Assembly (NCBI GenBank): GCA_905235715.1
Contig: CAJONB010000001.1
Coordinates: forward strand, 5,714 to 69,713
DNA from: an uncultured Ruminococcus sp.
GTDB lineage: Bacteria; Bacillota; Clostridia; Oscillospirales; Acutalibacteraceae
Length of the DNA: 64,000 bases
Direction of reading: 5' to 3'
Shown piece by piece: positions 10,495 to 21,437 of the stretch (position 1 is its first letter; the number at the start of each line of letters is the position of its first letter). Position numbers and translations under genes: made by a program. The notes beneath the pieces were generated by a model. It worked only from the letters and a program-made list of their open reading frames with translations. It had not been told where the DNA came from and did not search any database.

Positions 10495-11463
10495 ATGCGG
10501 CAGGATTATACTTATGCTGTATCGCGAATCAGATTTCATGAGAATAAGCTGCTCAGCGACGCTGATTTGAACACGCTCCTTTCGGCAAAAGACGCGGAGG
10601 CTGTGATAAGACAGCTCAAGGATAAGGGCTGGGGCGACAGCTCCACGTCCGATAATCCCGACGAACTGCTGCGGCGTGAAAGCGAAAAGACGTGGGAGTT
10701 GATTAACGAAATCGTGCCCGAAAAAGGCAATTTTGATTTCTTCCTCGTCCCCAACGATTTTCACAATCTCAAGGTAGCCATCAAGTCCGTCACCCGCGCG
10801 CAGAAGCCCGACGATATGTTCATCCGTAACGCCGTGACCTCTCCCGAGTTGGTTTACGACGCGGTCAGCAAGCAGGAATATGACAGACTTCCCGACTTTT
10901 TGGCAGCTCCCGCAAAAGAGGCGATGTCTGTATTATTGCAGACCTCTGACGGTCAGCTGTGCGATGTGATTATCGACAGGGCATGCATGGAGTATGTCTA
11001 CAAGCTCGGCAAGCAGAGCGATGAAAAAATCATCGGACTCTACTGTGAGCTGTTTGTCGCTTCGGCGGATATCAAAATCGCGATTCGCTCCGCACATACC
11101 AAAAAGCGTCCCGACTTTATTGCCCGCGCGATGGCGCCGTGTGAGAGCCTGAACGTCGACCGTCTGGCGACGGCAGCCTCTCAAGGCTATGATGATGTGC
11201 TGAAATATCTTGAGGATTCGCCCTATAAGGACGCGGTTTCCGCTATCGGTAATTCGATGTCGGCGTTTGAAAAGTGGTGCGACGACCGTGTGACCGAGGC
11301 GATGAAGCCCCAGAAATACGAGCCGTTCACAATCGGACCCGTTGTAGCGTATCTTATCGCGAAGGAGCACGAAATCAAGGCGGTCAGGATGATATTGTCG
11401 GCGAAGCTCAACGGTTTGTCCGACGACGTAATCAAAGAAAGATTGAGGAGCATGTATGTCTAA
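10495..11463 (+). CDS. ntpC: V/A-type ATPase subunit C (d)
   Basis: YTYAVSRIRFHENKLL, NDFHNLKVAIK, PFTIGPVVAYLIAKEHEIKAVRMIL. Confidence 0.92.
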   Translation: MRQDYTYAVSRIRFHENKLLSDADLNTLLSAKDAEAVIRQLKDKGWGDSSTSDNPDELLRRESEKTWELINEIVPEKGNFDFFLVPNDFHNLKVAIKSVTRAQKPDDMFIRNAVTSPELVYDAVSKQEYDRLPDFLAAPAKEAMSVLLQTSDGQLCDVIIDRACMEYVYKLGKQSDEKIIGLYCELFVASADIKIAIRSAHTKKRPDFIARAMAPCESLNVDRLATAASQGYDDVLKYLEDSPYKDAVSAIGNSMSAFEKWCDDRVTEAMKPQKYEPFTIGPVVAYLIAKEHEIKAVRMILSAKLNGLSDDVIKERLRSMYV

Positions 11464-11773
11464 GATAGCTGTCATGGGGGACAAGGAAAGCATCTACGGC
11501 TTTGCGGCACTCGGACTGGACACGTATTTTATCAACTATCACGAGGATAACGTCCCCTTATTCAAAAAGCTGTGTCAGAGCCAGAGCTACAGCATTATCT
11601 ATATTACCGAAGCGGCTGCTGCGCTGCTCGATAAAGAAATTGAAAAATATAAGGATCAGCCCTCGCCCGCAATCATTTTGATTCCCGGCGTGTCCGGCAA
11701 TACAGGAGACGGTCTGTCCGCCGTGAGCAAATCGGTGGAAAAGGCTGTCGGCAGCGATATATTTAACGAATAA
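11456..11773 (+). CDS. ntpG: V/A-type ATPase subunit F
   Basis: KIAVMGDKESIYGFAALG, PAIILIPG, VEKAVGSDI. Confidence 0.92.
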   Translation: MSKIAVMGDKESIYGFAALGLDTYFINYHEDNVPLFKKLCQSQSYSIIYITEAAAALLDKEIEKYKDQPSPAIILIPGVSGNTGDGLSAVSKSVEKAVGSDIFNE

Positions 11774-11829
11774 TATCCGGCGGGGATATGCTTCCGCCGC
11801 GACATCCAACTTTAAAGGAATGATTTGAT

Positions 11830-13599
11830 ATGAGTACTGGTGTAATTAAGAAGGTAGCCGGACCGCTTGTTATTGCGGAGGGTATGCGCGAATGTAATAT
11901 GTTCGACGTTGTCCGTGTTTCCAATATGAATCTGGTCGGCGAGGTTATCGAAATGCACGGCGACCTTGCGTCCATTCAGGTATATGAGGAGACCTCGGGT
12001 CTCGGACCCGGCGAGCCTGTCGTATCAACCGGAAGCCAGCTTTCCGTAGAGCTGGGACCCGGCTTGATTGAGAGCATCTACGACGGTATCCAGCGTCCTC
12101 TGGACGATATTATGAAGGTCAGCGGCAATAACCTCAGCCGCGGCGTTTCCGTCCCCGCCTTAAAAAGAGATAAGGTGTGGCAGTTCAAGGCGACCGCTCA
12201 GATCGGCGCGTCTGTCGAGAGCGGCGACGTCATCGGAACCGTTCAGGAAACCGAAATCGTCCTGCACAAGATTATGGTGCCCGCAGGTATCAAGGGCGTC
12301 ATCAAGGAAATCCACAGCGGTGAGTTTACCGTAACCGATACCGTTGCGACCGTTGAGGATGAAAACGGTAAGCTGCATGAGCTGACGCTTATGCAGAAGT
12401 GGCCTGTCCGCATCGGCAGACCCTATAAAGAAAAGTTATCTCCCGATATGCCGCTGATTACCGGTCAGCGCGTTATCGATACGCTGTTCCCGATTGCGAA
12501 GGGCGGCGTTGCGGCTGTTCCCGGACCGTTCGGCTCGGGCAAAACGGTCGTACAGCATCAGCTCGCGAAGTGGGCGGAGGCGGATATCGTCGTCTATATC
12601 GGCTGCGGTGAGCGCGGCAATGAGATGACGGACGTACTCAACGAGTTCCCCGAGCTGATTGACCCAAAATCAGGTCACAGCCTGATGGAACGTACCGTTC
12701 TGATTGCGAATACCTCCGATATGCCTGTTGCGGCGCGTGAGGCTTCTATTTACACCGGTATTACGATTGCCGAGTATTTCCGCGATATGGGCTATTCCGT
12801 CGCCCTGATGGCGGATTCTACCTCCCGTTGGGCGGAGGCGCTGCGTGAAATGTCCGGCCGTCTGGAGGAAATGCCCGGTGAAGAGGGCTATCCCGCATAT
12901 CTCGGCTCACGTCTGGCGCAGTTCTATGAGAGAGCAGGCCGTGTAATTACCCTCGGCTCTGAGGATACGGAAGGCTCGCTGTCCGTTATCGGCGCGGTAT
13001 CGCCTCCCGGCGGTGATATTTCCGAGCCGGTATCCCAGGCGACCCTGCGTATCGTCAAGGTGTTCTGGGGACTGGATTCCGAGTTGGCGTATAAGCGTCA
13101 TTTCCCGGCGGTCAACTGGCTGACCTCCTATTCGCTCTATCTTGACACGATGGCGGATTGGTATAAGGAGAACGTCGCCGATGATTGGATGGATCTGCGC
13201 GCGCGCATCATGCACCTTCTGCAGGAGGAAAGCGAGCTGGATGAAATCGTCAAGCTCGTCGGTATTGACGCCCTGTCCAAGGGCGACCGCTTAAAGCTGG
13301 AGGCTGCCCGTTCTATCCGCGATGACTTCCTGCACCAGAATGCGTTCCATGAGACAGATACCTACTCCACACTGAAAAAGCAGTATATGATGATGGAGCT
13401 GGTGCTCGCTTACTTCGATAAGTCGACTGCTGCGCTAGATAAGGGCGCAAATCTGGACGCACTGATCAATCTACCGATTCGTGAGCGTATCGGCAGATTC
13501 AAATATCTCAAGGAAGACGAAATCGACAAGAGCTATGACGATATTATCTATAATCTCGACGTCGATATCGACGCAATTATCAAGAAGGGGGATGAGTAA
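11830..13599 (+). CDS. ntpA: V/A-type ATPase catalytic subunit A
   Basis: P-loop [30 protein letters not shown]; no intein seen. Confidence 0.97.
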   Translation: MSTGVIKKVAGPLVIAEGMRECNMFDVVRVSNMNLVGEVIEMHGDLASIQVYEETSGLGPGEPVVSTGSQLSVELGPGLIESIYDGIQRPLDDIMKVSGNNLSRGVSVPALKRDKVWQFKATAQIGASVESGDVIGTVQETEIVLHKIMVPAGIKGVIKEIHSGEFTVTDTVATVEDENGKLHELTLMQKWPVRIGRPYKEKLSPDMPLITGQRVIDTLFPIAKGGVAAVPGPFGSGKTVVQHQLAKWAEADIVVYIGCGERGNEMTDVLNEFPELIDPKSGHSLMERTVLIANTSDMPVAAREASIYTGITIAEYFRDMGYSVALMADSTSRWAEALREMSGRLEEMPGEEGYPAYLGSRLAQFYERAGRVITLGSEDTEGSLSVIGAVSPPGGDISEPVSQATLRIVKVFWGLDSELAYKRHFPAVNWLTSYSLYLDTMADWYKENVADDWMDLRARIMHLLQEESELDEIVKLVGIDALSKGDRLKLEAARSIRDDFLHQNAFHETDTYSTLKKQYMMMELVLAYFDKSTAALDKGANLDALINLPIRERIGRFKYLKEDEIDKSYDDIIYNLDVDIDAIIKKGDE

Positions 13600-13601
13600 G
13601 C

Positions 13602-14975
13602 ATGCCGAAGGAATACAGGACGATTCAGGAAGTCGCCGGTCCTTTGATGCTTGTCAAGGGCGTCAGCGGCGTTAACTATAACGACCTCGGTGAAATTGAA
13701 CTCGCCTCCGGTGAGGTCAGACGCTGCAAGGTATTGGAAATCAACGGTGAGGACGCGCTCGTTCAGCTGTTCGATTCCGCAGCGGGCATCAACCTCAGCA
13801 ATTCCAAGGTTCGCTTTCTCGGCAGGTCGATGGAGCTCGGCGTTTCCACCGATATGCTTTCCCGCGTATTTGACGGCATGGGCAAGCCCATTGACGGCGG
13901 CCCCGATATTCTGCCTGTCAAGCGCATGGATATCAACGGACTGCCGATGAACCCCTACGCACGTAACTATCCGCAGGAGTTTATCCAGACGGGTGTTTCT
14001 GCTATTGACGGTCTGAACACCCTTGTCAGAGGTCAGAAGCTCCCGATTTTCTCCGCTTCCGGTCTGCCGCACGCTCAGCTTGCCGCGCAGATTGCCCGTC
14101 AGGCGCGTGTCCGCGGAACAAACGAGCAGTTCGCGGTTGTCTTTGCCGCGATGGGTATTACCTTTGAGGAATCCAATTACTTTATTGAGAGCTTTAAGGA
14201 AACCGGCGCGATTGACCGCACCGTTATGTTTGTCAATCTGGCGAACGACCCCGCTATCGAGCGTATTTCCACTCCGCGTATGGCGCTGACCGCCGCTGAG
14301 TATCTGGCTTTTGAGGCGGATATGCACGTTCTGGTCATCATGACGGATATCACCAATTACGCCGACGCGCTGCGTGAGGTTTCCGCCGCACGTAAAGAGG
14401 TACCCGGCCGCCGCGGTTATCCCGGCTATATGTATACCGACCTCGCGACCCTCTATGAGAGAGCAGGCCGCCAGAGAGGTAAGGATGGCTCTATCACACT
14501 GATTCCGATTCTCACCATGCCCGAGGACGACAAGACGCACCCGATTCCCGACTTGACCGGCTACATCACCGAGGGACAGATTATTCTGTCGCGTGAGTTG
14601 TACCGCAAGAATATCACGCCTCCGATCGACGTTCTTCCGTCGCTGTCGCGTCTGAAGGATAAGGGTATCGGCGAGGGCAAGACCAGAGCCGATCACTCAA
14701 ACACCATGAACCAGCTGTTCTCTGCGTATGCGCGCGGTAAGGACGCGAAAGAGCTGATGGTCATTCTCGGCGAATCTGCCCTGTCGGATATTGATAAGCT
14801 GTACGCGAAATTTGCCGACCGCTTTGAAAAAGAATATGTCTCACAGGGCTATGATAATAACCGCTCGATTGAAGAAACGCTCGATCTCGGCTGGGAGCTG
14901 CTCAGAATTCTCCCGAGGAGCGAGCTGAAACGTATCGACGACAAATATCTCGATATGTATTACGACAAGAAATAA
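13602..14975 (+). CDS. ntpB: V/A-type ATPase subunit B
   Basis: [45 protein letters not shown]. Confidence 0.97.
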   Translation: MPKEYRTIQEVAGPLMLVKGVSGVNYNDLGEIELASGEVRRCKVLEINGEDALVQLFDSAAGINLSNSKVRFLGRSMELGVSTDMLSRVFDGMGKPIDGGPDILPVKRMDINGLPMNPYARNYPQEFIQTGVSAIDGLNTLVRGQKLPIFSASGLPHAQLAAQIARQARVRGTNEQFAVVFAAMGITFEESNYFIESFKETGAIDRTVMFVNLANDPAIERISTPRMALTAAEYLAFEADMHVLVIMTDITNYADALREVSAARKEVPGRRGYPGYMYTDLATLYERAGRQRGKDGSITLIPILTMPEDDKTHPIPDLTGYITEGQIILSRELYRKNITPPIDVLPSLSRLKDKGIGEGKTRADHSNTMNQLFSAYARGKDAKELMVILGESALSDIDKLYAKFADRFEKEYVSQGYDNNRSIEETLDLGWELLRILPRSELKRIDDKYLDMYYDKK

Positions 14976-15041
14976 TTCAGGGAAGGTTTTATTCAATATT
15001 AGTATTAACCTCCCGAAAACCGGAAACAAGGATTTGATAGT

Positions 15042-15689
15042 ATGGCAGTCAAACAGGTGAATCCAACCCGAATGGAGCTATCGCGCCTGAAGAAAAAACT
15101 GAATACGGCGACCCGGGGACACAAGCTCCTTAAGGATAAACGCGACGAGCTGATGCGGCGTTTTCTGGAAATGGTCAAAGAGAACCGTGAGCTTCGCGTC
15201 AAGGTTGAGGAACAGATTCGTCAGGCAAACGCAAATTTTGTTTTGGCGAAATCCTCAATGAGCGAAGAAACCTTAAAGGTAGCGTTGCTCGCGCCGAAGC
15301 AGGAGGTCTTTGTTTCTACCTCATACAAAAATGTTATGAGCGTTGATATTCCGGTGTTTGATTATGATACGCGTACGCCCGACCCGAACGACATCTATTC
15401 ATACGGCTTCGCGTTCACCTCGTCCGATTTGGACGACGCGGTCAAGTCGCTTGCGGACGTATTGCCCGACCTCATTAAGCTGGCACAGATAGAAAAATCC
15501 TGTCAGCTGATGGCGGATGAAATCGAAAAAACCCGCCGCCGGGTCAACGCGCTGGAGCATGTAATGATTCCCGAAACGCAGGAGCAGATTCGTTACATTA
15601 CCCGCAAGCTTGATGAAAGCGAGCGCAGTACCCAGACGCGCTTGATGAAAGTCAAGGACATGATGCTCAAGGAAGCGCATGGCTATTAA
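15042..15689 (+). CDS. ntpD: V/A-type ATPase subunit D
   Basis: PTRMEL, RGHKLLKDKRDEL, EIEKTRRRVNALEHVMIP. Confidence 0.96.
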   Translation: MAVKQVNPTRMELSRLKKKLNTATRGHKLLKDKRDELMRRFLEMVKENRELRVKVEEQIRQANANFVLAKSSMSEETLKVALLAPKQEVFVSTSYKNVMSVDIPVFDYDTRTPDPNDIYSYGFAFTSSDLDDAVKSLADVLPDLIKLAQIEKSCQLMADEIEKTRRRVNALEHVMIPETQEQIRYITRKLDESERSTQTRLMKVKDMMLKEAHGY

Positions 15690-15703
15690 AATGAACAATA
15701 GGG

Positions 15704-15735
15704 AAGAGGACTGTCAACTTGGCAGTCCTCTTTTT
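15704..15735 (+). terminator. Rho-independent terminator of the V-ATPase operon
   Basis: aagaggactgtc / ggcagtcctctt hairpin followed by a T-run. Confidence 0.8.
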
Positions 15736-15824
15736 GTTGAAATTCATAGGATATTAACAATGTCTTTGAATTATAGAAATATTTTTATATTATACTGCAT
15801 AACATGAAGCAAGAGGTGATTGAA

Positions 15825-16130
15825 ATGTCTTGCCGGTTTACAGAGCTGAAAAAAAAGGAAGTGATTAACTTTTCCAATGGGTGCAAGATTGGATATGTCG
15901 ATGATTTGGAGATCGATACAACTTGTGCGAAAATCACGGCGCTGATAGCCTACGGACGACCGCGGATTTTCGGACTTTTCGGGCACGGCGAAGAGTGCTA
16001 TATCCCATGGGACAAGATACGGCTGATAGGTGAAGACGCGATTCTTGTCGATAATTCAGTGCAAAAAATGCCAAGAAAAGCAAAAAATCGTCACAAATTT
16101 GTAACAATTTGTCACCAATTTTTTTTGTGA
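15825..16130 (+). CDS. YlmC/YmxH family PRC-barrel sporulation protein
   Basis: SD GAGGTG; ELKKKEVINFSNGCKIGYVDDLEID, YIPWDKIRLIGEDAILVD. Confidence 0.88.
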   Translation: MSCRFTELKKKEVINFSNGCKIGYVDDLEIDTTCAKITALIAYGRPRIFGLFGHGEECYIPWDKIRLIGEDAILVDNSVQKMPRKAKNRHKFVTICHQFFL

Positions 16131-16370
16131 TTACTAGCAAATTGCACTACATATAATTGTTAAAGTTGTACATAATTTACTAATGAAAATTCTATTTAAG
16201 AAGATTAAGCCTATTTTAATGCTTTAAAAGAAACAAAACGAAATAATTACAAACTTGCAATTCTTGTGATTTTGTGGTTAAATAAGACACGAAATAAAGC
16301 GCGGCTATGCCATAACTGCGTCTATTTCACATCGGATCACCGATAGATTACTATTTAAGGAGGCAGAATT

Positions 16371-17237
16371 TTGAGTAAAGTAATAAAGAAATCTACTCGA
16401 ATCTTTACACTCAGTCTTTGCATCGCTTTGCTTTTAACCAATACTCTGATTCTTGCGCCTGAGGTAGGAGCTGCACGTGATACCAACAGAACAGAAACTT
16501 TAATGAAAACAAACAGTAATATAAGTACAGCGGAGGATGACGTCCTCACTCAGAGAGCCATCGCCATTGATGAGGCGAAGAAAGAGGCTCAGGCTGCCGT
16601 AAGCGAGCAGTTGGCGATTATCGCTCAGGAGGAAGAGGACGCGCTTAAGGAGGAGGAAACCGAGACGCTTCAGTCAGAAGCCAAAGAGCCGGACAACAGT
16701 GCGGCGAAGGATTCGATTGCTGAAACGTCTGAGGATAACTACTCTGATGATTCCGCTGAAAGCAGCTCAACTTCAGACGATGACGAAGATTACGATTCCG
16801 GCAACAGCTATGCGCAGACTTCCGGAGATTCCAACTATCTGTTGTCAATCGACAATCCCGATTATGACTATGTGAGCTACTCCGTATCAATGTCTGACGC
16901 AGACAGAGATTACTGCGAGCGCATGGTCATGGGCGAAGCCGGCTCTATGGGCTTTGAGGGTATGGCGCTTGTCGCACAGTGTATCAGAGATACATTTGTT
17001 TCCGGCGGCTACAGCAGCGTTACTGAAGCAATTCAGTCCAACGGCTACTATGGCTCTACTTCCATTACCCCCAGCAGCGCCTGCAAAGAAGCGGTCAGCT
17101 ATATCTTTGATCAGGGCGGAGCGGCAGTACAGCACACCATCAGCGTGTTCTATGCTTCGAACTACTGCACCAGCGCATGGCATGAGGCGCAGGAATATGT
17201 CTGCTCTTACGGCTATGTAAGATTCTTTGCTATTTGA
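16371..17237 (+). CDS. Secreted or membrane-anchored cell wall hydrolase (SleB/Hydrolase_2-like)
   Basis: TTG start after AAGGAGG; N-terminal hydrophobic helix, acidic Ser/Asp linker, C-terminal ERMVMGEAG...ALVAQCIRD with the candidate catalytic Glu. Confidence 0.7.
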   Translation: MSKVIKKSTRIFTLSLCIALLLTNTLILAPEVGAARDTNRTETLMKTNSNISTAEDDVLTQRAIAIDEAKKEAQAAVSEQLAIIAQEEEDALKEEETETLQSEAKEPDNSAAKDSIAETSEDNYSDDSAESSSTSDDDEDYDSGNSYAQTSGDSNYLLSIDNPDYDYVSYSVSMSDADRDYCERMVMGEAGSMGFEGMALVAQCIRDTFVSGGYSSVTEAIQSNGYYGSTSITPSSACKEAVSYIFDQGGAAVQHTISVFYASNYCTSAWHEAQEYVCSYGYVRFFAI

Positions 17238-17267
17238 TAGATAGCATAATCAATTGAATTTAATTTG

Positions 17268-17304
17268 AAAAATCAGGCGTTTGACAACAAAACGCTTGAT
17301 TTTT
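17268..17304 (+). terminator. Terminator hairpin overlapping the rpsB -35 element
   Basis: aaaaatcaggcgttt / aaacgcttgattttt. Confidence 0.7.
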
Positions 17305-17324
17305 TTATTTAAATATAGTATAAT
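17296..17324 (+). promoter_or_regulatory. sigma-A-type promoter of rpsB-tsf
   Basis: TTGATT (17296-17301), 17 nt, TATAAT (17319-17324). Confidence 0.75.
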
Positions 17325-17332
17325 ATTTAGGC

Positions 17333-17430
17333 ATTACGCACGTTGAGGTCTGACAGTAAGGTGTCGCTGATGTTAAATCTGCGGTTTTCCTGTCAAAATA
17401 CCGGCCTCAGCGGAGGTTTAACCTAAGGAG
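17333..17430 (+). ncRNA. Structured rpsB 5' leader (t44/S2 autoregulatory leader-like)
   Basis: cgttgaggtc (17341-50) pairs with ggcctcagcg (17403-12); inner tgacag / ctgtca stem; lies between the promoter and the rpsB SD. Confidence 0.55.
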
Positions 17431-17439
17431 GTAAACATT

Positions 17440-18183
17440 ATGTCAGTCGTTTCTATGAAACAGCTTCTGGAGGCCGGCGTTCACTTCGGTCACCAGACAA
17501 GAAGATGGAACCCTAAGATGGCTCCGTATATCTTCACCGAGCGCAACGGTATCTATATCATTGATTTGCAGAAGACCGTTGTCAAGCTTGACGAGGCGTA
17601 CAACTTCGTTAAGGAAATTTCCATGGAGGGCAAGAATGTCCTTTTTGTCGGCACAAAGAAGCAGGCGATGGAGTCCGTTAAGGACGAGGCTACCCGTGCG
17701 GGCGCTTACTATGTAAACGCAAGATGGCTCGGCGGTATGCTCACCAACTTCACCACCATCCGCAGAAGAATTGCCCGCCTCAAACAGCTCCGCACCATGG
17801 AAGAGGACGGCACGTTTGATTTGCTGCCCAAGAAAGAGGTTATCAAGCTCAACCTCGAAATCGAGAAGCTCGAGAAGTTCCTCGGCGGTATCAAGGAAAT
17901 GGACGAGATGCCCGGCGCACTCTTTATCGTAGACCCGAGAAAAGAGAAGATTGCCGTAGCAGAAGCGAAGAAACTCGGTATCCCGATTGTCGCGATTGTT
18001 GATACCAACTGCGACCCCGACGATGTTGACTATGTTATCCCCGGTAATGACGACGCGATTCGTGCCGTTAAACTGATTGCCGGCGCGATGGCTGACGCAA
18101 TCATCGAGGGTAAGGAAGGCCAGATGGGCGCTGCCGCTGTTGAAGAAGAGGCAGAGGAAGACGCTGAAATCGTAGAAGAATAA
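17440..18183 (+). CDS. rpsB: 30S ribosomal protein S2
   Basis: [46 protein letters not shown]. Confidence 0.99.
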   Translation: MSVVSMKQLLEAGVHFGHQTRRWNPKMAPYIFTERNGIYIIDLQKTVVKLDEAYNFVKEISMEGKNVLFVGTKKQAMESVKDEATRAGAYYVNARWLGGMLTNFTTIRRRIARLKQLRTMEEDGTFDLLPKKEVIKLNLEIEKLEKFLGGIKEMDEMPGALFIVDPRKEKIAVAEAKKLGIPIVAIVDTNCDPDDVDYVIPGNDDAIRAVKLIAGAMADAIIEGKEGQMGAAAVEEEAEEDAEIVEE

Positions 18184-18213
18184 TCAAAGTAGTATCTGAA
18201 AGGATTGGTATAT

Positions 18214-19137
18214 ATGGCATTTACAGCTCAGGATGTAAAGGCGCTTCGTGAGAAGACCGGCTGCGGCATGATGGACTGCAAGAAGGCGCTCACCGAGGCA
18301 AACGGCGATATGGAAGCCGCTATTGACGTATTAAGAAAGCAGGGTCTTGCCAAGCAGGCGAAGAAAGCTGACCGCATTGCCGCAGAAGGCGTTGCGATGG
18401 CAATCACCTCCGATGATAATACCTCCGGTGTTGTTATCGAGGTTAACGCTGAGACAGACTTCGTCGCGAAGAACGCTGATTTCCAGGCGTTTGTTAAGAC
18501 TTGTGCTTTGACGGTTCTTAAGGACAGCCCCGCTGATGTTGACGCACTCCTCGCGCTCAAGGCTGACGGCTCCGAGATGACCGTTGCCGAGTTGCTGCAG
18601 GAGAAGGTCCTCACCATCGGCGAGAATATCAAGATTCGCCGCTTTGAGAAAATTGACGGTCCCTGTGTCGCTTATGTACACGCAGGTGGTAAAATCGGCG
18701 TTCTGGTCAACTTCGACACCGATATCGACACCACAAATCCCGAGTTCGTTGCTTACGGCAAGGATATCGCGATGCAGATTGCCGCTCTCAACACCCTTTA
18801 TCTCGACGAGAAGTCCGTTCCCGCTGAGGTCATCGAGCATGAGAAGAACATTATGATTGACCAGATGAAGAATGACCCGAAGATGGCGAACAAGCCCGAG
18901 CAGGTTCTCGGCAAAATCGTCGAAGGTAAAATCGGCAAGTTCTATAAGGAGAACTGCCTTGTCGATCAGGAGTTTGTCAAGGACAACAGCCTGACCGTCG
19001 GCAAGTACACCGAGGCTACCGCGAAGAAGCTCGGCGGCTCTATCGCTATCAAGAAGTTTGTGCGCTTTGAGAAGGGCGAGGGCATCGAGAAAAGACAGGA
19101 TGACTTTGCCGCGGAAGTTGCGAGCATGGTCAAATAA
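18214..19137 (+). CDS. tsf: Elongation factor Ts
   Basis: VKALREKTGCGMMDCKKAL, EVNAETDFVAKN, IGENIKIRRF, RFEKGEGIEK. Confidence 0.99.
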   Translation: MAFTAQDVKALREKTGCGMMDCKKALTEANGDMEAAIDVLRKQGLAKQAKKADRIAAEGVAMAITSDDNTSGVVIEVNAETDFVAKNADFQAFVKTCALTVLKDSPADVDALLALKADGSEMTVAELLQEKVLTIGENIKIRRFEKIDGPCVAYVHAGGKIGVLVNFDTDIDTTNPEFVAYGKDIAMQIAALNTLYLDEKSVPAEVIEHEKNIMIDQMKNDPKMANKPEQVLGKIVEGKIGKFYKENCLVDQEFVKDNSLTVGKYTEATAKKLGGSIAIKKFVRFEKGEGIEKRQDDFAAEVASMVK

Positions 19138-19153
19138 TTCATTTACCGTTAAG

Positions 19154-19179
19154 GCGGGAGCTTTATGCTCCCGCTTTTT
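19154..19179 (+). terminator. Terminator after tsf
   Basis: gcgggagc / gctcccgc hairpin plus T-run. Confidence 0.8.
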
Positions 19180-19376
19180 GTTTTATACGGAAGCGCAAAT
19201 ATCAGTGATAAACGTCGCTTGTTAATATAATGTTAATAGTTTTTGTGCATTATCCAATAATTTAGGCGAAAATATTTGGCGCATAATGCGGCGGACTTTT
19301 GTGGAATGATACTTTACAAAAAAGCGAGAATGTAGTACAATATTTATGATTATAAATGTAATGTGGAGTGATATGC

Positions 19377-20084
19377 GTGAAACCGAAATATAAGAGAATT
19401 TTGCTGAAGCTTTCCGGCGAATCTCTCGCCGGCGACCAAAAGACCGGAATTGATTTTGATACGGTTTTATCTTTTTGTAAACCAATCAAAAAATTGACCG
19501 AGGCCGGCGTGCAGGTGGGTATCGTTGTCGGCGGCGGAAATTTCTGGCGCGGACGCTCCAGCGGCGAAATGGACCGCACCAGAGCCGACCACATGGGAAT
19601 GTTGGCGACAACCATCAATGCGCTCGGCGTTGCAGACGCTCTCGAGCAAATCGGCGTCGATGTCCGCGTGCAGACCGCGATTTCCATGCGTCAGGTTGCA
19701 GAGCCGTATATCCGCAACCGGGCAATCCGTCATCTGGAGAAGGGGAGAGTGGTTATCTTCGGCTGCGGAACGGGTAATCCCTTCTTCTCAACCGATACAG
19801 CCGCCGCACTCAGAGCGGCTGAAATAGAAGCGGAGATTATCCTGAAAGCAACACTTGTCGACGGCGTGTATGATAAGGATCCGAATACCTTCGACGACGC
19901 GGTTCGCTATGATCGGCTTTCTTTCCAGGAGGTACTGGAAAAAGACCTCAAGGTAATTGATTCAACCGCCGCGGCTATCTGCAAGGATAACAATATCGGA
20001 CTGCTGGTATTCAGCATCAAGAATCCCGATAATATTTATGATTCCGTATGTGACGCCGGAATCGGAACACTGGTTACGAATTAA
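19377..20084 (+). CDS. pyrH: UMP kinase
   Basis: [37 protein letters not shown]; GTG at 19377 is correctly spaced from GGAG. Confidence 0.97.
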   Translation: MKPKYKRILLKLSGESLAGDQKTGIDFDTVLSFCKPIKKLTEAGVQVGIVVGGGNFWRGRSSGEMDRTRADHMGMLATTINALGVADALEQIGVDVRVQTAISMRQVAEPYIRNRAIRHLEKGRVVIFGCGTGNPFFSTDTAAALRAAEIEAEIILKATLVDGVYDKDPNTFDDAVRYDRLSFQEVLEKDLKVIDSTAAAICKDNNIGLLVFSIKNPDNIYDSVCDAGIGTLVTN

Positions 20085-20113
20085 TCTGAATATAAATCAA
20101 AGGAGGATTTCCC

Positions 20114-20668
20114 ATGAAAGAGGTATTAAAAAAGAACGACGAGCGTATGCAGCGCCGTATTGACCATCTGGAAGATGAATATAAGTCCATCCGCGCGGGC
20201 AGAGCGAATCCTGCGGTACTGGATAAGGTCTTTGTCGATTATTACGGCACTCCTACCCCAATCAACCAACTTGCTGCCGTATCCGTTACCGAAGCACGTA
20301 CCCTTATCATTCAGCCCTGGGACGCTTCCGTCCTAAGACAGATTGAAAAAGCGATTCAGATGTCTGACGTCGGTATCAATCCGCAGAATGACGGCAAGGT
20401 CATCCGCCTGATTTTCCCGCCCCTTACCGAGGATAAGCGTAAGGAAATCGCAAAGGACATCGCGCATATTGCCGAGGACACGAAGGTGCAGATCCGCAAT
20501 GTGCGCCGCGATACCATTGAAAAGCTCAAGAAGATGAAGAAGGACGGCGAGCTGACCGAGGATGACCTCAAGCAGGGCGAGAAGAAGGTTCAGGACGCTA
20601 CCGATAAATTCATCAAGCAGGTCGACGCAATTGCGGAGAAGAAGAAAAAAGAAATCATGGAGATCTAA
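20114..20668 (+). CDS. frr: Ribosome recycling factor
   Basis: IRAGRANP, VDYYGTPTPINQLA, FPPLTEDKRKE, IRNVRRD. Confidence 0.98.
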   Translation: MKEVLKKNDERMQRRIDHLEDEYKSIRAGRANPAVLDKVFVDYYGTPTPINQLAAVSVTEARTLIIQPWDASVLRQIEKAIQMSDVGINPQNDGKVIRLIFPPLTEDKRKEIAKDIAHIAEDTKVQIRNVRRDTIEKLKKMKKDGELTEDDLKQGEKKVQDATDKFIKQVDAIAEKKKKEIMEI

Positions 20669-20669
20669 A

Positions 20670-21416
20670 ATGTCCATTTTCAAAAGAAAAAAGCCCGAGT
20701 ATACGGATATCTCACAGATACAACTGCCTGAGCATATCGGTATCATTATGGACGGTAACGGACGCTGGGCAAAAAAGCGCGGACTGCCGCGTTCTGCGGG
20801 ACATACCGCCGGCGCCCAGACCTTCCGTAAAATTGCGCGCTATTGCAGCAATATCGGGATAAAGGTTCTGACGGTATACGCTTTCTCTACAGAGAACTGG
20901 CGCAGACCCGAGGACGAAATCAACGCGCTGATGAAGCTGTTCAAGGATTATCTGGAAGAATCCATCAGAGATTTTAAGGATGACAGTATCGTACTGAAAT
21001 TTATCGGCGACCGCTCCGTCTTTTCGGATGATTTGCTCGAACTGATGACGGAGAATGAGGAAGAGTCAAAGAATCGCGACGGCATGGTGCTGAATATCGC
21101 GATGAATTACGGCGGCAGAGCAGAGCTCGTCACGGCGATGCGCGGTATTGCGGGCGATGTCAGGGACGGTAAGCTCAGCGCCGAAGCGATTGACGAACAG
21201 TTGATTTCCGATTATTTGTATACAAAGGGTCAGCCCGACCCTGACTTGATTATCCGTCCGAGCGGAGAATACAGAACCTCTAATTTCCTTTTGTGGCAGT
21301 CCGCTTACAGCGAATATGTCATTATGGACGTTCTCTGGCCGGATTTTAAAGAAGAGCATTTAAATAAAGCCCTGATTGAATACGCGAACCGCAACAGACG
21401 GTTCGGAGGAGTTTAA
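20670..21416 (+). CDS. uppS: Isoprenyl transferase (undecaprenyl diphosphate synthase)
   Basis: HIGIIMDGNGRWAKKRGL, YAFSTENWRRP, PDLIIRPSGEYRTSNFLLWQ. Confidence 0.96.
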   Translation: MSIFKRKKPEYTDISQIQLPEHIGIIMDGNGRWAKKRGLPRSAGHTAGAQTFRKIARYCSNIGIKVLTVYAFSTENWRRPEDEINALMKLFKDYLEESIRDFKDDSIVLKFIGDRSVFSDDLLELMTENEEESKNRDGMVLNIAMNYGGRAELVTAMRGIAGDVRDGKLSAEAIDEQLISDYLYTKGQPDPDLIIRPSGEYRTSNFLLWQSAYSEYVIMDVLWPDFKEEHLNKALIEYANRNRRFGGV

Positions 21417-21437
21417 CGGGTTCATTAGGAGTAGGGT

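Noticed and set aside
13548-14696. 382-aa minus-strand ORF, and similar long antisense ORFs (1976-2956, 3634-4464, 9414-10151, 46397-47146, 55365-56147, 58738-59619)
   Set aside because: Shadows of well-supported genes on the opposite strand; no motifs or SD; expected from codon bias
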